In this document: one piece after another, positions 29,464 to 39,291 of the stretch | Layout: every line of letters starts with the position of its first letter | How positions within the stretch are numbered: the stretch's first letter is position 1 | Source: Prevotella sp. | GTDB lineage: Bacteria; Bacteroidota; Bacteroidia; Bacteroidales; Bacteroidaceae | DNA: 55,986 bases | Assembly (NCBI GenBank): GCA_017959365.1 | Contig: JAGDAU010000109.1 | Coordinates: 1 to 55,986, forward strand | Direction: 5' to 3' | The notes under the pieces: model-generated | Told to the model about the DNA's origin: nothing | Database searches by the model: none | What the model saw: the letters and a program-made list of their open reading frames with translations, nothing else | Program-made: the position numbers and the translations under genes

Positions 29464-30009
29464 ATGAAAAATCTTTTTTATAATGCCATGATATGTGTGG
29501 CGATGGGAGTGTTTATAATTGGTTGCGGACAGAAAGCAGGGCAAGCCACTGCCACTGAGTCTGCCGACACGGTGGATACCGCAGCTGTCCCTGTGGAACA
29601 GATGGCAGAGGAAGTCGATTCTGTTGTCAGCGAGGTGGGTGACGTGGATGAGGCTCCGGCACCGGCACCGTCCGATGATGATGCTACGATATCATATATC
29701 AAGCAGCATTTCAAGGATATGCAACTCAGCCAGCATGCGTCTAAGATTATTGAACGTGAGCTTGATGACCCCAAAGCGGAAGAGGAGGGTGTCAACGAGT
29801 ATTACGATGACTTGTTCTATTATCTCAGCGAGGACTCTCCGAAGATGAGAATAAAGAATGTCACCCTCAATGGTTCGGATAAGGCTGTTGTAGAGGTATA
29901 TCCCTATGGTACAGCTTTCACCTGGCAGTTTTTTTATCTGATAAAAGAAAACGGCAAGTGGTGGATTGATAATCTCACCACTGCCGATGGTTCAAAGATG
30001 CGTGATTAA
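29464..30009 (+). CDS. Lipoprotein with an acidic linker and a C-terminal NTF2-like domain
   Basis: Lipobox IIGC and C-terminal YLIKENGKWWIDN pattern. The fold is inferred. Confidence 0.6.
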   Translation: MKNLFYNAMICVAMGVFIIGCGQKAGQATATESADTVDTAAVPVEQMAEEVDSVVSEVGDVDEAPAPAPSDDDATISYIKQHFKDMQLSQHASKIIERELDDPKAEEEGVNEYYDDLFYYLSEDSPKMRIKNVTLNGSDKAVVEVYPYGTAFTWQFFYLIKENGKWWIDNLTTADGSKMRD

Positions 30010-30212
30010 CAGTGTCGTGGTTGAAATACCACTGTCCAATCCTCTCATAGAGATATCAGTTTCGTTAGCTCTGGTTAAGTTAGGCTAATGTGAAACATAA
30101 ATATTTTTTTGCTTATTTCTTGTCGTATTGCGGATAAATATTTACCTTTGCCGCGGAAAAAGCGTTGTATATATTTTTTCAACCGTTTTGTGAGACAAAT
30201 ATTTTTTGAGTT

Positions 30213-31091
30213 ATGGATATAGGCATTCTGTTTTCCGCGGCATTGCTTCCGGCTTTTCTGCTTTTACTGTATATATGCAAGAAAGACCCGCATCCGGAGC
30301 CAACAGGCAAGTTGGTTAAGGCTTTCCTGTTTGGTGTAATGATATGTATTCCTGTTTCTTTTGTCGAAACGGTAATAGAGTCTGTGTTGTTTGGGGGAGA
30401 GGAGCCGACAACACTGTTCGGCACTACAGTGATGGCATTTTTTGTGGCTGCTATACCAGAAGAGACAGCCAAACTGATTGCCTTATGGTTGGTATTGCGT
30501 AAAAATCCGTATTTTGACGAGCATTTTGACGGTATAGTATATGCTGTATGCGTAAGCCTTGGCTTTGCGGCTATAGAGAATGTATTCTATATTGTAGGTG
30601 AGGAGTCTTGGATGTCTGTAGCCTTTTCCCGTGCTTTATTGTCCGTTCCGGGCCATTATGCCTTCGGCGTGTTGATGGGATACTATTACTCTATGTACCA
30701 CTTTGTTAATCGTTCCAGCAATAATGCTGTTTGCATCCTGCTCATGCCTGTGTTGGCACATGGTATCTATGACGCGCTCGCTATGAGCGGTATGGCTGAT
30801 CCCATGGTTGGAGCAGTCTGTTTCATCGTTCTTATTATCTTCTGTATATTGATGCATAAGTTCGCTTTCAGGAAAATCCTTGCTCATATCAACAAAGATA
30901 AAAACAGAGGAAATACGCCTAATTCCGGTTATCCCGGCAATTCATATACAGGCATTTCTGGCAATCCACGTTATCCCGGCAATCCACAATATCCCAACAA
31001 TCCACAATATCCCAACAATCCACAATATCCCAATAATCCACAAAATCCTGGCAATCCACGTTATCCCGGTAATTCAGGTTATCCAAGTTAA
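30213..31091 (+). CDS. PrsW family intramembrane glutamic/metalloprotease with a repeat tail
   Basis: KDPHPEP, PEETAK, DGIVYA...GFAAIEN, PGH and HGIYD motifs. Confidence 0.9.
   Translation: MDIGILFSAALLPAFLLLLYICKKDPHPEPTGKLVKAFLFGVMICIPVSFVETVIESVLFGGEEPTTLFGTTVMAFFVAAIPEETAKLIALWLVLRKNPYFDEHFDGIVYAVCVSLGFAAIENVFYIVGEESWMSVAFSRALLSVPGHYAFGVLMGYYYSMYHFVNRSSNNAVCILLMPVLAHGIYDALAMSGMADPMVGAVCFIVLIIFCILMHKFAFRKILAHINKDKNRGNTPNSGYPGNSYTGISGNPRYPGNPQYPNNPQYPNNPQYPNNPQNPGNPRYPGNSGYPS
30960..31085 (+). repeat. 18-bp coding tandem repeat, 7 units encoding (G/N)NP(Q/R)YP
   Basis: Units such as ggcaatccacaatatccc and aacaatccacaatatccc read directly; one further related unit at 30918-30935. Confidence 0.92.
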
Positions 31092-31111
31092 TTAGTTTAA
31101 ATTAGATAAGT

Positions 31112-32008
31112 ATGAAAAAAATAATTATTATTTGCCTGATGACTCTGATAGCTGTCATGGTGCAGGCGCAGGTTAAGATTGTGCCACAGTTAGCTGAGGG
31201 CATGAAGCAGGTTTACGAGTTGAAAGGTCAGGCGGAAATGGCCGGTGAAAACATCAATTTGAATAGTACTAATACGTATGTTGTGACAGGTGAGACTCCC
31301 GATGGATATACCATTGATATTACAAGTGCAATGAAAGTTGATGAGGATAATAACCTTATGGGTATCATGCTTAACATGGTACAGGTTATGCTCAAGGATA
31401 TTGTCATCAAGGTGGAGACCGACAAAGAGGGTGTCGTTAAGCGTATTATAAACTTTGATGAGGTAAAGACAAAGGCTTCTGCAAATTTCAAAGATTTGAT
31501 AGATGAACTCTATGAGCAATTCCCAGAGATGGCAAAGGGCATTTCTAAGGACCAGCTTTTCAAGCAGGGTGTTGATGCTATTAAGGAAGACCAACTCCTC
31601 AACGGTATATTGCTCACCCCCACCAGTCCGCTGTCTCTCAATGGCAAGACGATACAGACCCTCGTTCAGGAGCCTTATATCAACTCTCAGAATATCAAGA
31701 TGAAACGTGTTTATTTCCTTACCAATAATAATAAGACTATCACAGCCACATCAAAAGTTGACATGACAAAGGATGAGCTGAAGGACTTTATCATCAAGCA
31801 GGTGGAGGAGAGTGCCCCCGACCAGTTGGAGATGGTAAAGCAAAACATTGACATGATTATCAATAGTGGTATGATGACTATTGATGGTACTGAGAAAGTG
31901 ACATATCAGATGGGTGACAATGGGTGGTACCAGTCAGCAGACTACTCCTTGGATCTTGATGTCATGGGGCAGAAGATAAAAACAACCATGGAGGCTGTGT
32001 TGCAGTGA
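31112..32008 (+). CDS. Exported hypothetical protein
   Basis: Signal peptide ending VQA-Q; 298 aa; no recognised motif. Confidence 0.7.
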   Translation: MKKIIIICLMTLIAVMVQAQVKIVPQLAEGMKQVYELKGQAEMAGENINLNSTNTYVVTGETPDGYTIDITSAMKVDEDNNLMGIMLNMVQVMLKDIVIKVETDKEGVVKRIINFDEVKTKASANFKDLIDELYEQFPEMAKGISKDQLFKQGVDAIKEDQLLNGILLTPTSPLSLNGKTIQTLVQEPYINSQNIKMKRVYFLTNNNKTITATSKVDMTKDELKDFIIKQVEESAPDQLEMVKQNIDMIINSGMMTIDGTEKVTYQMGDNGWYQSADYSLDLDVMGQKIKTTMEAVLQ

Positions 32009-32012
32009 TGAA

Positions 32013-32813
32013 ATGTTGGATAGGCATTGTGTATTTAGGACTGTCGTTGTCATATCGTTGATGATGGCGTTTAACGCTCCGTCAAAGGCTCAGTCTGGAT
32101 GGTATGGTGCTCTGTCGAGCGTTGTTAAGGTCAGCAGGTCGATGACCATCACAGATGAGGAATTGTCAGAAGCGGTGAGTAGTAGTGTTAAGGTGATGGA
32201 TGCCTCTAACACGGTGTGCGGAGTAGCAAGTCCATATACCCGCAGACTGAATAAGCTTACCGCCAACATGAAGGATGCTAAGGGCATACGTCTTAATTTC
32301 AAGGTATATAAAACGACAGATTTCAATGCTTTTGCCTGTCCGGACGGCAGCGTGCGTATCTATTCTGCACTAATGGATCTCATGACCGATGATGAGCTGC
32401 TTGGTATCATCGGGCATGAGATTGGTTACGTGTCCCTACGTCACAGCAAGATAGCATGGCGCCAGGCACTGCTTTTCAGTGCCGCATCTGATGCCATTGG
32501 CTCAGTAAGTGAGACGTGGGATGATGTATCTAACACATTGATAGGCGACCTCTGCAGTGCTGCCCTGACAGCCCGGCACTCCAGGACTCAAGAGACGGAA
32601 GCAGATGACTATGGTTATGACTTCCTGAAAAAATGTAGCAAAAACCCATGGGCGATGGGTAAAGCATTTATTAAATTAAAGAAAATGTCACAACAGGGGA
32701 GTGACTCACGTTACGCCATGCTTCTAAAAGCCTTTTCATCTCATCCGGATTTTGATGAGCGGATTCAGAGGATGAGAGACAGGTCGAAACAAGACGGCTA
32801 TGCCACCCGGTAG
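32013..32813 (+). CDS. M48 family (LoiP/YfgC-like) metallopeptidase homolog with an altered zinc motif
   Basis: NAFACPDGSVRIYSALMD, DELLGIIGHEIGY, SRTQETEADDYG and FSSHP...RI. Confidence 0.85.
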   Translation: MLDRHCVFRTVVVISLMMAFNAPSKAQSGWYGALSSVVKVSRSMTITDEELSEAVSSSVKVMDASNTVCGVASPYTRRLNKLTANMKDAKGIRLNFKVYKTTDFNAFACPDGSVRIYSALMDLMTDDELLGIIGHEIGYVSLRHSKIAWRQALLFSAASDAIGSVSETWDDVSNTLIGDLCSAALTARHSRTQETEADDYGYDFLKKCSKNPWAMGKAFIKLKKMSQQGSDSRYAMLLKAFSSHPDFDERIQRMRDRSKQDGYATR

Positions 32814-32819
32814 TTGTTG

Positions 32820-33275
32820 TCAGTTAATAACAGCATTGGTACCATATATCAGCAGGGCATAGCGCAGTAGTTTACCTAACGTTATGCTGATAATAGATAT
32901 AAGGATATTAGCGCGCATGAGACCTAACACTATAGTTATGGCACTGCCAAGAATGGGTACAAAGGCAAAAAAGCCCATCCATGCGCCATGTCCGCTCATG
33001 AATCGTTGTGTACGTTCCAGCTTCTCTTTTTTCACATGCATGTGTTTCTCTATCCACTCCATCTTACCCATGCGGCCTATGGCATAGTTGAACATACCGC
33101 CAGCCACATTACCAGCAGTACCCCATATCACTAATTCCAATGGATCCACCCCTGCGGCAAAGAGGGCAATCATAACCGCCTCGCTGGAGAAAGGGAAGAA
33201 ACTGCCAGCCATAAATGCTGCAAGAAACATTCCCCAGCATCCGTAACCTATCAGAAAATCAATGATGGATTGCAT
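32820..33275 (-). CDS. YqaA / DedA (VTT domain) membrane protein
   Basis: AFMAGSFFPFSSE, GNVAGGMFNYAIGR, FVPILG and GKLLRY. Confidence 0.88.
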   Translation of the reverse strand: MQSIIDFLIGYGCWGMFLAAFMAGSFFPFSSEAVMIALFAAGVDPLELVIWGTAGNVAGGMFNYAIGRMGKMEWIEKHMHVKKEKLERTQRFMSGHGAWMGFFAFVPILGSAITIVLGLMRANILISIISITLGKLLRYALLIYGTNAVIN

Positions 33276-34192
33276 ATATTTAAGACTGTTAGTGTTGATA
33301 TGGCGAGAAAGAATAGCCAGAAAGCCAGATTAGTGAACCAAGTGTGGGTAAGAGCCAGGAAATGCGCTATCAAAGGCGATACGCTAACGATAATCATGGG
33401 AATCAGCTCGTTGTAGTGAAGCGGCTGTAGAACGAGGAATATTATTGTAGCCCAGCAGATGGTTATAAAAAAGCTGTAAAGCATACGTGTGCGTATCTTG
33501 TCATTATATCCGGTGCGGACATAGTGTATTGTACCCGTTAGGGCAAGTATCAGAATAAGTGCGAATGTTATCAACTCTCTCATACTCAGCCTGCTGATGT
33601 CACATAAAGGAGAGAATTGCCATAATGGTGAGAAATGGGTGCTTATCCTGTAAAACTCCTCTCTCATGATAAGCCATGGTAAGATAAACCAATAGGGTGT
33701 AAAAAGACCGAGCAACGATGCTACAAAGGTCTTGACATTGAGAGAATAAAATTTCAAAGTACACAATAACCATACTACAGGCACAAGATATAGTACCTTT
33801 ACAAAAACCAGACTCGCCATCGACAGACACAGGAAAGCATAATACATCCAACCGCTTGACTTGCGGTTCTGGTATGTGCGGAAAATACACATATAGAATG
33901 CGATAAGACACATCTGAAGCGTACATCCCCTGACACTGGTATAACGTATCATTGCCATTGTGGTGAGCAACAGGAAGGAACTTGACACCATGCGGCTGTA
34001 GATGCGTATCAGGGAGTTGGAGTTGTTGAGGGTTACCATGAGTAGGGTGGAGATGGTTACGAATGCCGTCTGGATCCACAGCTGTTGTGTCAATAAACCG
34101 AACCATATCCAAAGCACACCGCACAATACGGCAAGTAGGGGAAGCGTAAACCTTCCCTCTGCCACTATATTCTGTGTCCTCTTACTCGCCAT
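33251..34192 (-). CDS. Polytopic membrane protein, conserved hypothetical (DUF6427-like)
   Basis: About nine hydrophobic segments, LNN..LIR and DKIRTR motifs; lies downstream of purD. Confidence 0.65.
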   Translation of the reverse strand: MASKRTQNIVAEGRFTLPLLAVLCGVLWIWFGLLTQQLWIQTAFVTISTLLMVTLNNSNSLIRIYSRMVSSSFLLLTTMAMIRYTSVRGCTLQMCLIAFYMCIFRTYQNRKSSGWMYYAFLCLSMASLVFVKVLYLVPVVWLLCTLKFYSLNVKTFVASLLGLFTPYWFILPWLIMREEFYRISTHFSPLWQFSPLCDISRLSMRELITFALILILALTGTIHYVRTGYNDKIRTRMLYSFFITICWATIIFLVLQPLHYNELIPMIIVSVSPLIAHFLALTHTWFTNLAFWLFFLAISTLTVLNICNPSLIF

Positions 34193-34213
34193 TATTCTTC
34201 AAGTTGACAGGCT

Positions 34214-34248
34214 TTCAACCTTCAACCTTCAACCTTTAACCTTCAACT
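34214..34248. repeat. Heptamer tandem repeat (TTCAACC), 5 units, abutting the purD stop codon
   Basis: ttcaacc ttcaacc ttcaacc tttaacc ttcaact, then cta (TAG). Confidence 0.9.
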
Positions 34249-35541
34249 CTAAATATCTTTTCCTATATCGCTTCGGAAATACTTGTCGGTGAACTGTATC
34301 TTCTGGGCCTCGGTGAATGACTTTGCAAGAGCCTCGTCTTTGTCGGCGCCATAGCTGCTCACGGCTATCACCCTTCCGCCAGCGGTGACAACATTACCCT
34401 CAGCATCGAAAGCAGTGCCGCTATGGAACACAATAGCGTCTTCCACGTCATTGATGCCACTGATGATATAGCCTTTCTTGTAAGTAGCCGGGTAGCCGCC
34501 ACTGACAAGCATCACGCAGACAGCTGCCCGCTCGTCAAAAACCACCTCCCGCTGGGATAAGTCGCCATTAGCAACACCCTCAAACAAGTCAACGATGTCG
34601 CTCTTCAGCCTGAGCATCACGCTCTCTGTCTCCGGGTCGCCCATACGGCAGTTGTATTCTATTACCATCGGCTCACCGTCCACATTTATCAGACCGAAGA
34701 AGATGAAACCCTTGTAGTCAAGACCCTCTTCCGCCAGTCCGCTGACAGTTGGGCGTATAATGCGCTGCTCCACCTTATCCATCCATTCCTTGTCGGCAAA
34801 CGGTACAGGGGTAACAGACCCCATGCCGCCAGTGTTAAGACCGGTGTCACCCTCGCCGATACGCTTGTAGTCCTTTGCCTCAGGCAGTATCTTATAGTCT
34901 TTTCCGTCTGTGAGTACGAAGACTGAGCATTCTATGCCGCTGAGGAATTCCTCTATCACCACTTGTGCTGATGCGTTTCCGAACATACCGTCAAGCATGT
35001 TGCGCAATTCCTGTTCAGCATCCTTAAGAGTGGGTAATATCAACACACCTTTGCCGGCACACAGACCGTCGGCCTTCAGCACGTATGGTGCTTTTAGTGT
35101 TCTCAGGAATTTGATACCCTCTTCCACAGTTGTGCCGTCGAAGGTCTGGTATTTAGCAGTTGGTATGCCATGTCTCTGCATAAATCCCTTAGCAAAATCC
35201 TTGCTGCCTTCCAGCATGGCACCTTTTGCCGACGGACCAATCACAGGTATCGCTGCCGTGCGGCTGTCAGACTTGAAATCATCGTAGATGCCTTTCACCA
35301 ACGGGTCTTCCGGACCTACCACCACCATATCGATGGTATTGTCAATGGCAAAGGCTTTCAGTGCCTCAAAGTCATCGGCTTTGATTGCCACATTCTCACT
35401 TCGCGAGCCATTGGCGAGTGCGATGCCTTGAGTGCCGGCATTACCGGGTGCCACATAAAGGCTATCCACTTTCTTGCTCTGTGCTATCTTCCATGCTAAC
35501 GCATGCTCTCTTCCTCCGCTGCCTAATAGTAAAATATTCAT
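34249..35541 (-). CDS. purD: Phosphoribosylamine-glycine ligase
   Basis: [41 protein letters not shown] and [10 protein letters not shown]. Confidence 0.97.
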   Translation of the reverse strand: MNILLLGSGGREHALAWKIAQSKKVDSLYVAPGNAGTQGIALANGSRSENVAIKADDFEALKAFAIDNTIDMVVVGPEDPLVKGIYDDFKSDSRTAAIPVIGPSAKGAMLEGSKDFAKGFMQRHGIPTAKYQTFDGTTVEEGIKFLRTLKAPYVLKADGLCAGKGVLILPTLKDAEQELRNMLDGMFGNASAQVVIEEFLSGIECSVFVLTDGKDYKILPEAKDYKRIGEGDTGLNTGGMGSVTPVPFADKEWMDKVEQRIIRPTVSGLAEEGLDYKGFIFFGLINVDGEPMVIEYNCRMGDPETESVMLRLKSDIVDLFEGVANGDLSQREVVFDERAAVCVMLVSGGYPATYKKGYIISGINDVEDAIVFHSGTAFDAEGNVVTAGGRVIAVSSYGADKDEALAKSFTEAQKIQFTDKYFRSDIGKDI

Positions 35542-35563
35542 TTATCCAATATCATTTTATTTG

Positions 35564-37762
35564 TTACTTCAGGTAATCCTCAAAATACTGGGTGATGCGT
35601 TCATGCAGGTGGACACTCTGGTGTCCTCGCATGTTGTGAGGCTCACCGGGATAGACGAAGAAGTCGGGATGGGTGCCTGCCTCGATGCACGCCTCAATGA
35701 ATGACAGGCAATGCTGAGGTACTACCGTCTTATCATTGTATCCGGTGATAATCTGCAGTTTCCCTTCCAGGTCTGCTGCCTTATTGATGAGGCTTGTCTT
35801 CTCATATCCCTCCGGATTGGTCTGCGGGGTGTCCATATAACGCTCGCCGTACATCACCTCGTACCATTTCCAGTCTATCACCGGTCCGCCGGCAACACCT
35901 ACCTTAAATACCTCCGGGTGGGTGGTCATCATTGTTATGGTCATAAACCCTCCGAAGCTCCATCCATGCACACCGATGCGGTCAGTGTCAACGTATGGGA
36001 GGCTTTTGAGATATTCAATGCCTTTCATCTGGTCTTGCGTCTCTATCTGTCCGAGTTGGCGGAATGTAGCCTGCTCAAACTCCTTGCCGCGATGCTCGCT
36101 GCCCCTGTTGTCGAGGATAAAGAGGAGGTATCCTTTCTGTGCCATATATGTCTCCCAACCGCGGCTATAGTAATGCCAGCTGGCATGGACATTATGAGCG
36201 TGGGGACCTCCATAGACATATACTACAGTGGGATATTTCTTTGCCGGGTCGAAATCAACAGGCTTCACCATGCGATAATAGAGGTCGGTGATGCCATCGG
36301 CAGCCTTGATGGTGCCGCATGAGAACTCAGGAGCGTTATATTCCGCCCATGGGTTGGCTGCAGTGAGCCAGTTGAAGGTTTTCTTTTTCCTGATGTCGTA
36401 GATGTCAATCTTACGTGGCACGTCAGGCTCAGAGTAGTTATCAACGATGAAGTTGCCGCATCCGCTCAGTGTGGCGTTGTGCCATCCTCTGCCATTGTCC
36501 AGCAATTGTCTCTTACCTGTCGCCACCTCAACGGAATAGGTGTTAGCCTGTATGGGGTTACATTCATTGGAACTGATAATTACCGCCTTTCCCTTAGTGT
36601 CAAATCCTAAAACGTCGAGTACCACCCAAGTCCCGCTTGTCAGTTGCTTGACGGTGATATCTGTAGGTGTTTTATTAATAGTGCACAGATAAAGATGGTT
36701 ATATCCGTCTTTTTGGCTTTGCATAATGAATTTGCTGTCATCCCACGGCAGGAAGGCAATGGGATGTAACGGCTCTACATATTTCTCGTCTGTCTCACGG
36801 TATAGCTGTCCAATGTTCTCGCCCGTAGTAGCGTCATAGCATTGCAGTCTGCAGTCATTCTGGTCACGGTTGAGTTCCTGGATATACAGTTTCCTGGAGT
36901 CAGGACTCCATGCTATATTGGTGAAATACATATCGGTAGGATCGCAGGTATTCATATATGTTATGGTACCTTTCTCGATATCGTAAACGCCAACAGTCAC
37001 CTTATGTGATGTCTCGCCAGCCATGGGATATTTATCCGGCTCACAAGTGGCAATGCGTGTGTCAATATTCACCTGCGGATAATCGGTTACCATACTTTGG
37101 TCCATACGGTAGAATGCCAGTCTCTTGCCGTCTGGACTCCAGAAAGTGCCTTTCTCAATACCAAACTCATCTCTGTGGACACTCTGGCCGTAAACAATCT
37201 CTCGTGAGCCGTCGGTGGTCAGTTGTCTGGTGTTACCATCCGCTGTAGTGACATGGAGTTGATTGTCTTTGACGAAAGCCACAGCCCTTGACTCTTTCAC
37301 CCATTCCTCATTCTGCTCATCCTGGCATGACTGTCGCCATGCCACCGTGCCGTCCTTGAAATTGATAAGCATCCTTTCCTGTTGGTTCTGTACCAGAACG
37401 AGAGGCTCGTTGGGGTAGGGGAATTCAGCATAATACATATGGTATATCCTCAGACTGTCTGTAAGTCCTGCCCATGCGTTTATGTCCTCCGTGGAGAAGA
37501 GCTTTGTTTCCTTGCCGGTCTTTGGGTCAACGCTGGCGCATCCTAATGCGTCAAGGTTTACCAGAACATCGCCCCACCATGTGGTGTAGCGGTTTTCCGG
37601 TATCATCTGGAAGTACCGTGTTCCTCCGTAGTTCAGGTCTTCTAATGTGAATTCCTTTTTCTGTGCATTGGCAATCGTTGTTGTCAGCATACCAGTCAGA
37701 ATAAATAATAATATCATTGTCATACGACTATGACAAGCTCTGTTTACTTTAATCCTCATCAT
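35564..37762 (-). CDS. S9B family dipeptidyl/prolyl tripeptidyl peptidase
   Basis: GWSFGG nucleophile motif, YVYGGP, DNRGS, YGERYMDTP, D..V and H triad residues. The start was moved to the ATG overlapping the upstream stop, which precedes a signal peptide. Confidence 0.9.
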   Translation of the reverse strand: MMRIKVNRACHSRMTMILLFILTGMLTTTIANAQKKEFTLEDLNYGGTRYFQMIPENRYTTWWGDVLVNLDALGCASVDPKTGKETKLFSTEDINAWAGLTDSLRIYHMYYAEFPYPNEPLVLVQNQQERMLINFKDGTVAWRQSCQDEQNEEWVKESRAVAFVKDNQLHVTTADGNTRQLTTDGSREIVYGQSVHRDEFGIEKGTFWSPDGKRLAFYRMDQSMVTDYPQVNIDTRIATCEPDKYPMAGETSHKVTVGVYDIEKGTITYMNTCDPTDMYFTNIAWSPDSRKLYIQELNRDQNDCRLQCYDATTGENIGQLYRETDEKYVEPLHPIAFLPWDDSKFIMQSQKDGYNHLYLCTINKTPTDITVKQLTSGTWVVLDVLGFDTKGKAVIISSNECNPIQANTYSVEVATGKRQLLDNGRGWHNATLSGCGNFIVDNYSEPDVPRKIDIYDIRKKKTFNWLTAANPWAEYNAPEFSCGTIKAADGITDLYYRMVKPVDFDPAKKYPTVVYVYGGPHAHNVHASWHYYSRGWETYMAQKGYLLFILDNRGSEHRGKEFEQATFRQLGQIETQDQMKGIEYLKSLPYVDTDRIGVHGWSFGGFMTITMMTTHPEVFKVGVAGGPVIDWKWYEVMYGERYMDTPQTNPEGYEKTSLINKAADLEGKLQIITGYNDKTVVPQHCLSFIEACIEAGTHPDFFVYPGEPHNMRGHQSVHLHERITQYFEDYLK

Positions 37763-39269
37763 GTTGTCCTCCTTTTCTTCCATCACGTTTGAAATCCTTA
37801 CGTAACCTGCTGAAGCCTTTGCCTTTTTTGCCTTCTCTGCCAAACCTCTCATCTCTGTCAAATCTTCTTCCCCTGTCTTGCCTGTCGCCTTTTCCATAGT
37901 TTGTTTTGCGTTTGGGTTGTTGCTCATCGTCCCATCGACGGTGTTTCTTGGGTTTGTCATCATCCCTCATTATTCTCTCGAGGCTGTGGAATTTGAAAGA
38001 CCTGATGTCGTTTGTCTCATTCTCCTCCTGTTCTTCAAGACGTTTCTTAAACTCCCTGTTTTTCTTGAACCGGTGTTTCTCAGCCATTGCCTCTTTCTCT
38101 TCCTCTGTCTTGACGATGCCACCCTCAGCGCGGAAGTCGCTCATTTTCCCTCCAAACATCTGATACTTCCTGAACTCACATTCCAGGGAGCCATTAAACA
38201 AAGGTGTCTTTAGTGACGGTTTCAGTCCAATCTGGTCAAAACACTCCTCTTTATAACTTAGAATCCATGCGGTATTGCCGGCAAAGGCGTGTTTCAGCCT
38301 CTCGCCGATCATTTTGTATGTGGCAAGCAAATTCTGAGTTGAGATACGCTCGCCGTAAGGCGGGTTGGTAACAATGATGGCAGGCTCCTCTGGCTGTGTG
38401 AAGTCCTTGAAGTCACGCTGCTCAACGGTTATGTCTTTGGTGAAACCGGCAGCCTTGACATTAAGACGGGCCGTGTTGACTCCTTTCATGTCAATATCAT
38501 AACCATAGATATGGTGTTTGAACTCCCTCTCATTGCTGTCATCGTTATATATAGCATCAAAGAGGTCTTTGTCGAAATCGGGCCATTTCTCAAAGGCAAA
38601 TTCTTTTCTGAATATTCCGGGACTCATGTTATGTGCAATCAGCGCAGCCTCAATGAGCAGAGTGCCACTGCCGCACATCGGGTCTATAAAGTCCGTCTCT
38701 CCCCTCCATCCTGTCTGCAGGATCATGCCTGCAGCAAGAACCTCATTAAGGGGGGCCTCCACGCTTTCCTGCCTGTATCCACGTCGGTGTAGGCTTTCTC
38801 CCGAGGAATCAAGAGAGAGTGTTGCCCTGTCTTCGGCTATGTGGATGTTCAGTTGCATGTCAGGGTTGCTGACGCTGATGTTCGGTCTGTTGCCGTATTT
38901 CTCACGGAAATAGTCCACAATGGCGTCTTTTACCTTATATGTTACAAATCGACTGTTGCGGAACTCCTCTGAATATACAACGGAGTCAACAGAAAATGTC
39001 TTGTCAATGCTGAGGTAGTCTTCCCACTGCACTTTCTTAATCTGTTCGTAAACATCATCAGCGCTACGTGCTTTAAAGTGTCGTATTGGTTTTAGAATGC
39101 GTATCGCTGTATGAAGTTGGAAATTAGCCCGATACATCATCTCCTTGTCTCCTGTGAACGCCACCATTCTTCTTCCAATCTGTACATTGTTGGCTCCCAG
39201 GTTGGTCAATTCTTCCGCAAGCACATTTTCCAGACCCATGAAGGTCTTGGCAATAAGTTCAAATTCCAT
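37749..39269 (-). CDS. THUMP-domain rRNA methyltransferase (RlmL-like) with a charged C-terminal tail
   Basis: IAKTFMGLE, DSSGESLHRRGYR, APLNEVLAA, DPMCGSGT and NPPYGER. Confidence 0.9.
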   Translation of the reverse strand: MEFELIAKTFMGLENVLAEELTNLGANNVQIGRRMVAFTGDKEMMYRANFQLHTAIRILKPIRHFKARSADDVYEQIKKVQWEDYLSIDKTFSVDSVVYSEEFRNSRFVTYKVKDAIVDYFREKYGNRPNISVSNPDMQLNIHIAEDRATLSLDSSGESLHRRGYRQESVEAPLNEVLAAGMILQTGWRGETDFIDPMCGSGTLLIEAALIAHNMSPGIFRKEFAFEKWPDFDKDLFDAIYNDDSNEREFKHHIYGYDIDMKGVNTARLNVKAAGFTKDITVEQRDFKDFTQPEEPAIIVTNPPYGERISTQNLLATYKMIGERLKHAFAGNTAWILSYKEECFDQIGLKPSLKTPLFNGSLECEFRKYQMFGGKMSDFRAEGGIVKTEEEKEAMAEKHRFKKNREFKKRLEEQEENETNDIRSFKFHSLERIMRDDDKPKKHRRWDDEQQPKRKTNYGKGDRQDRGRRFDRDERFGREGKKGKGFSRLRKDFKRDGRKGGQHDED

Positions 39270-39291
39270 ATCTTATTTTTAATTCAGTCGT

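Noticed and set aside
30004-30086. Integron attC site (TAAC ... GTTAGGC) after the lipoprotein gene
   Set aside because: The R boxes are not complementary, there is no single long hairpin, no second cassette site and no integrase in the window.
28778-32813. Prophage or genomic island explanation for the cluster of exported hypothetical proteins
   Set aside because: No integrase, transposase, att repeats or phage structural genes are visible, and most of these units carry host-type promoters.
37763-37963. N-terminal extension of the S9 peptidase in the ORF track
   Set aside because: It overlaps the methyltransferase coding tail by about 200 nt; the signal peptide begins only after 37762.
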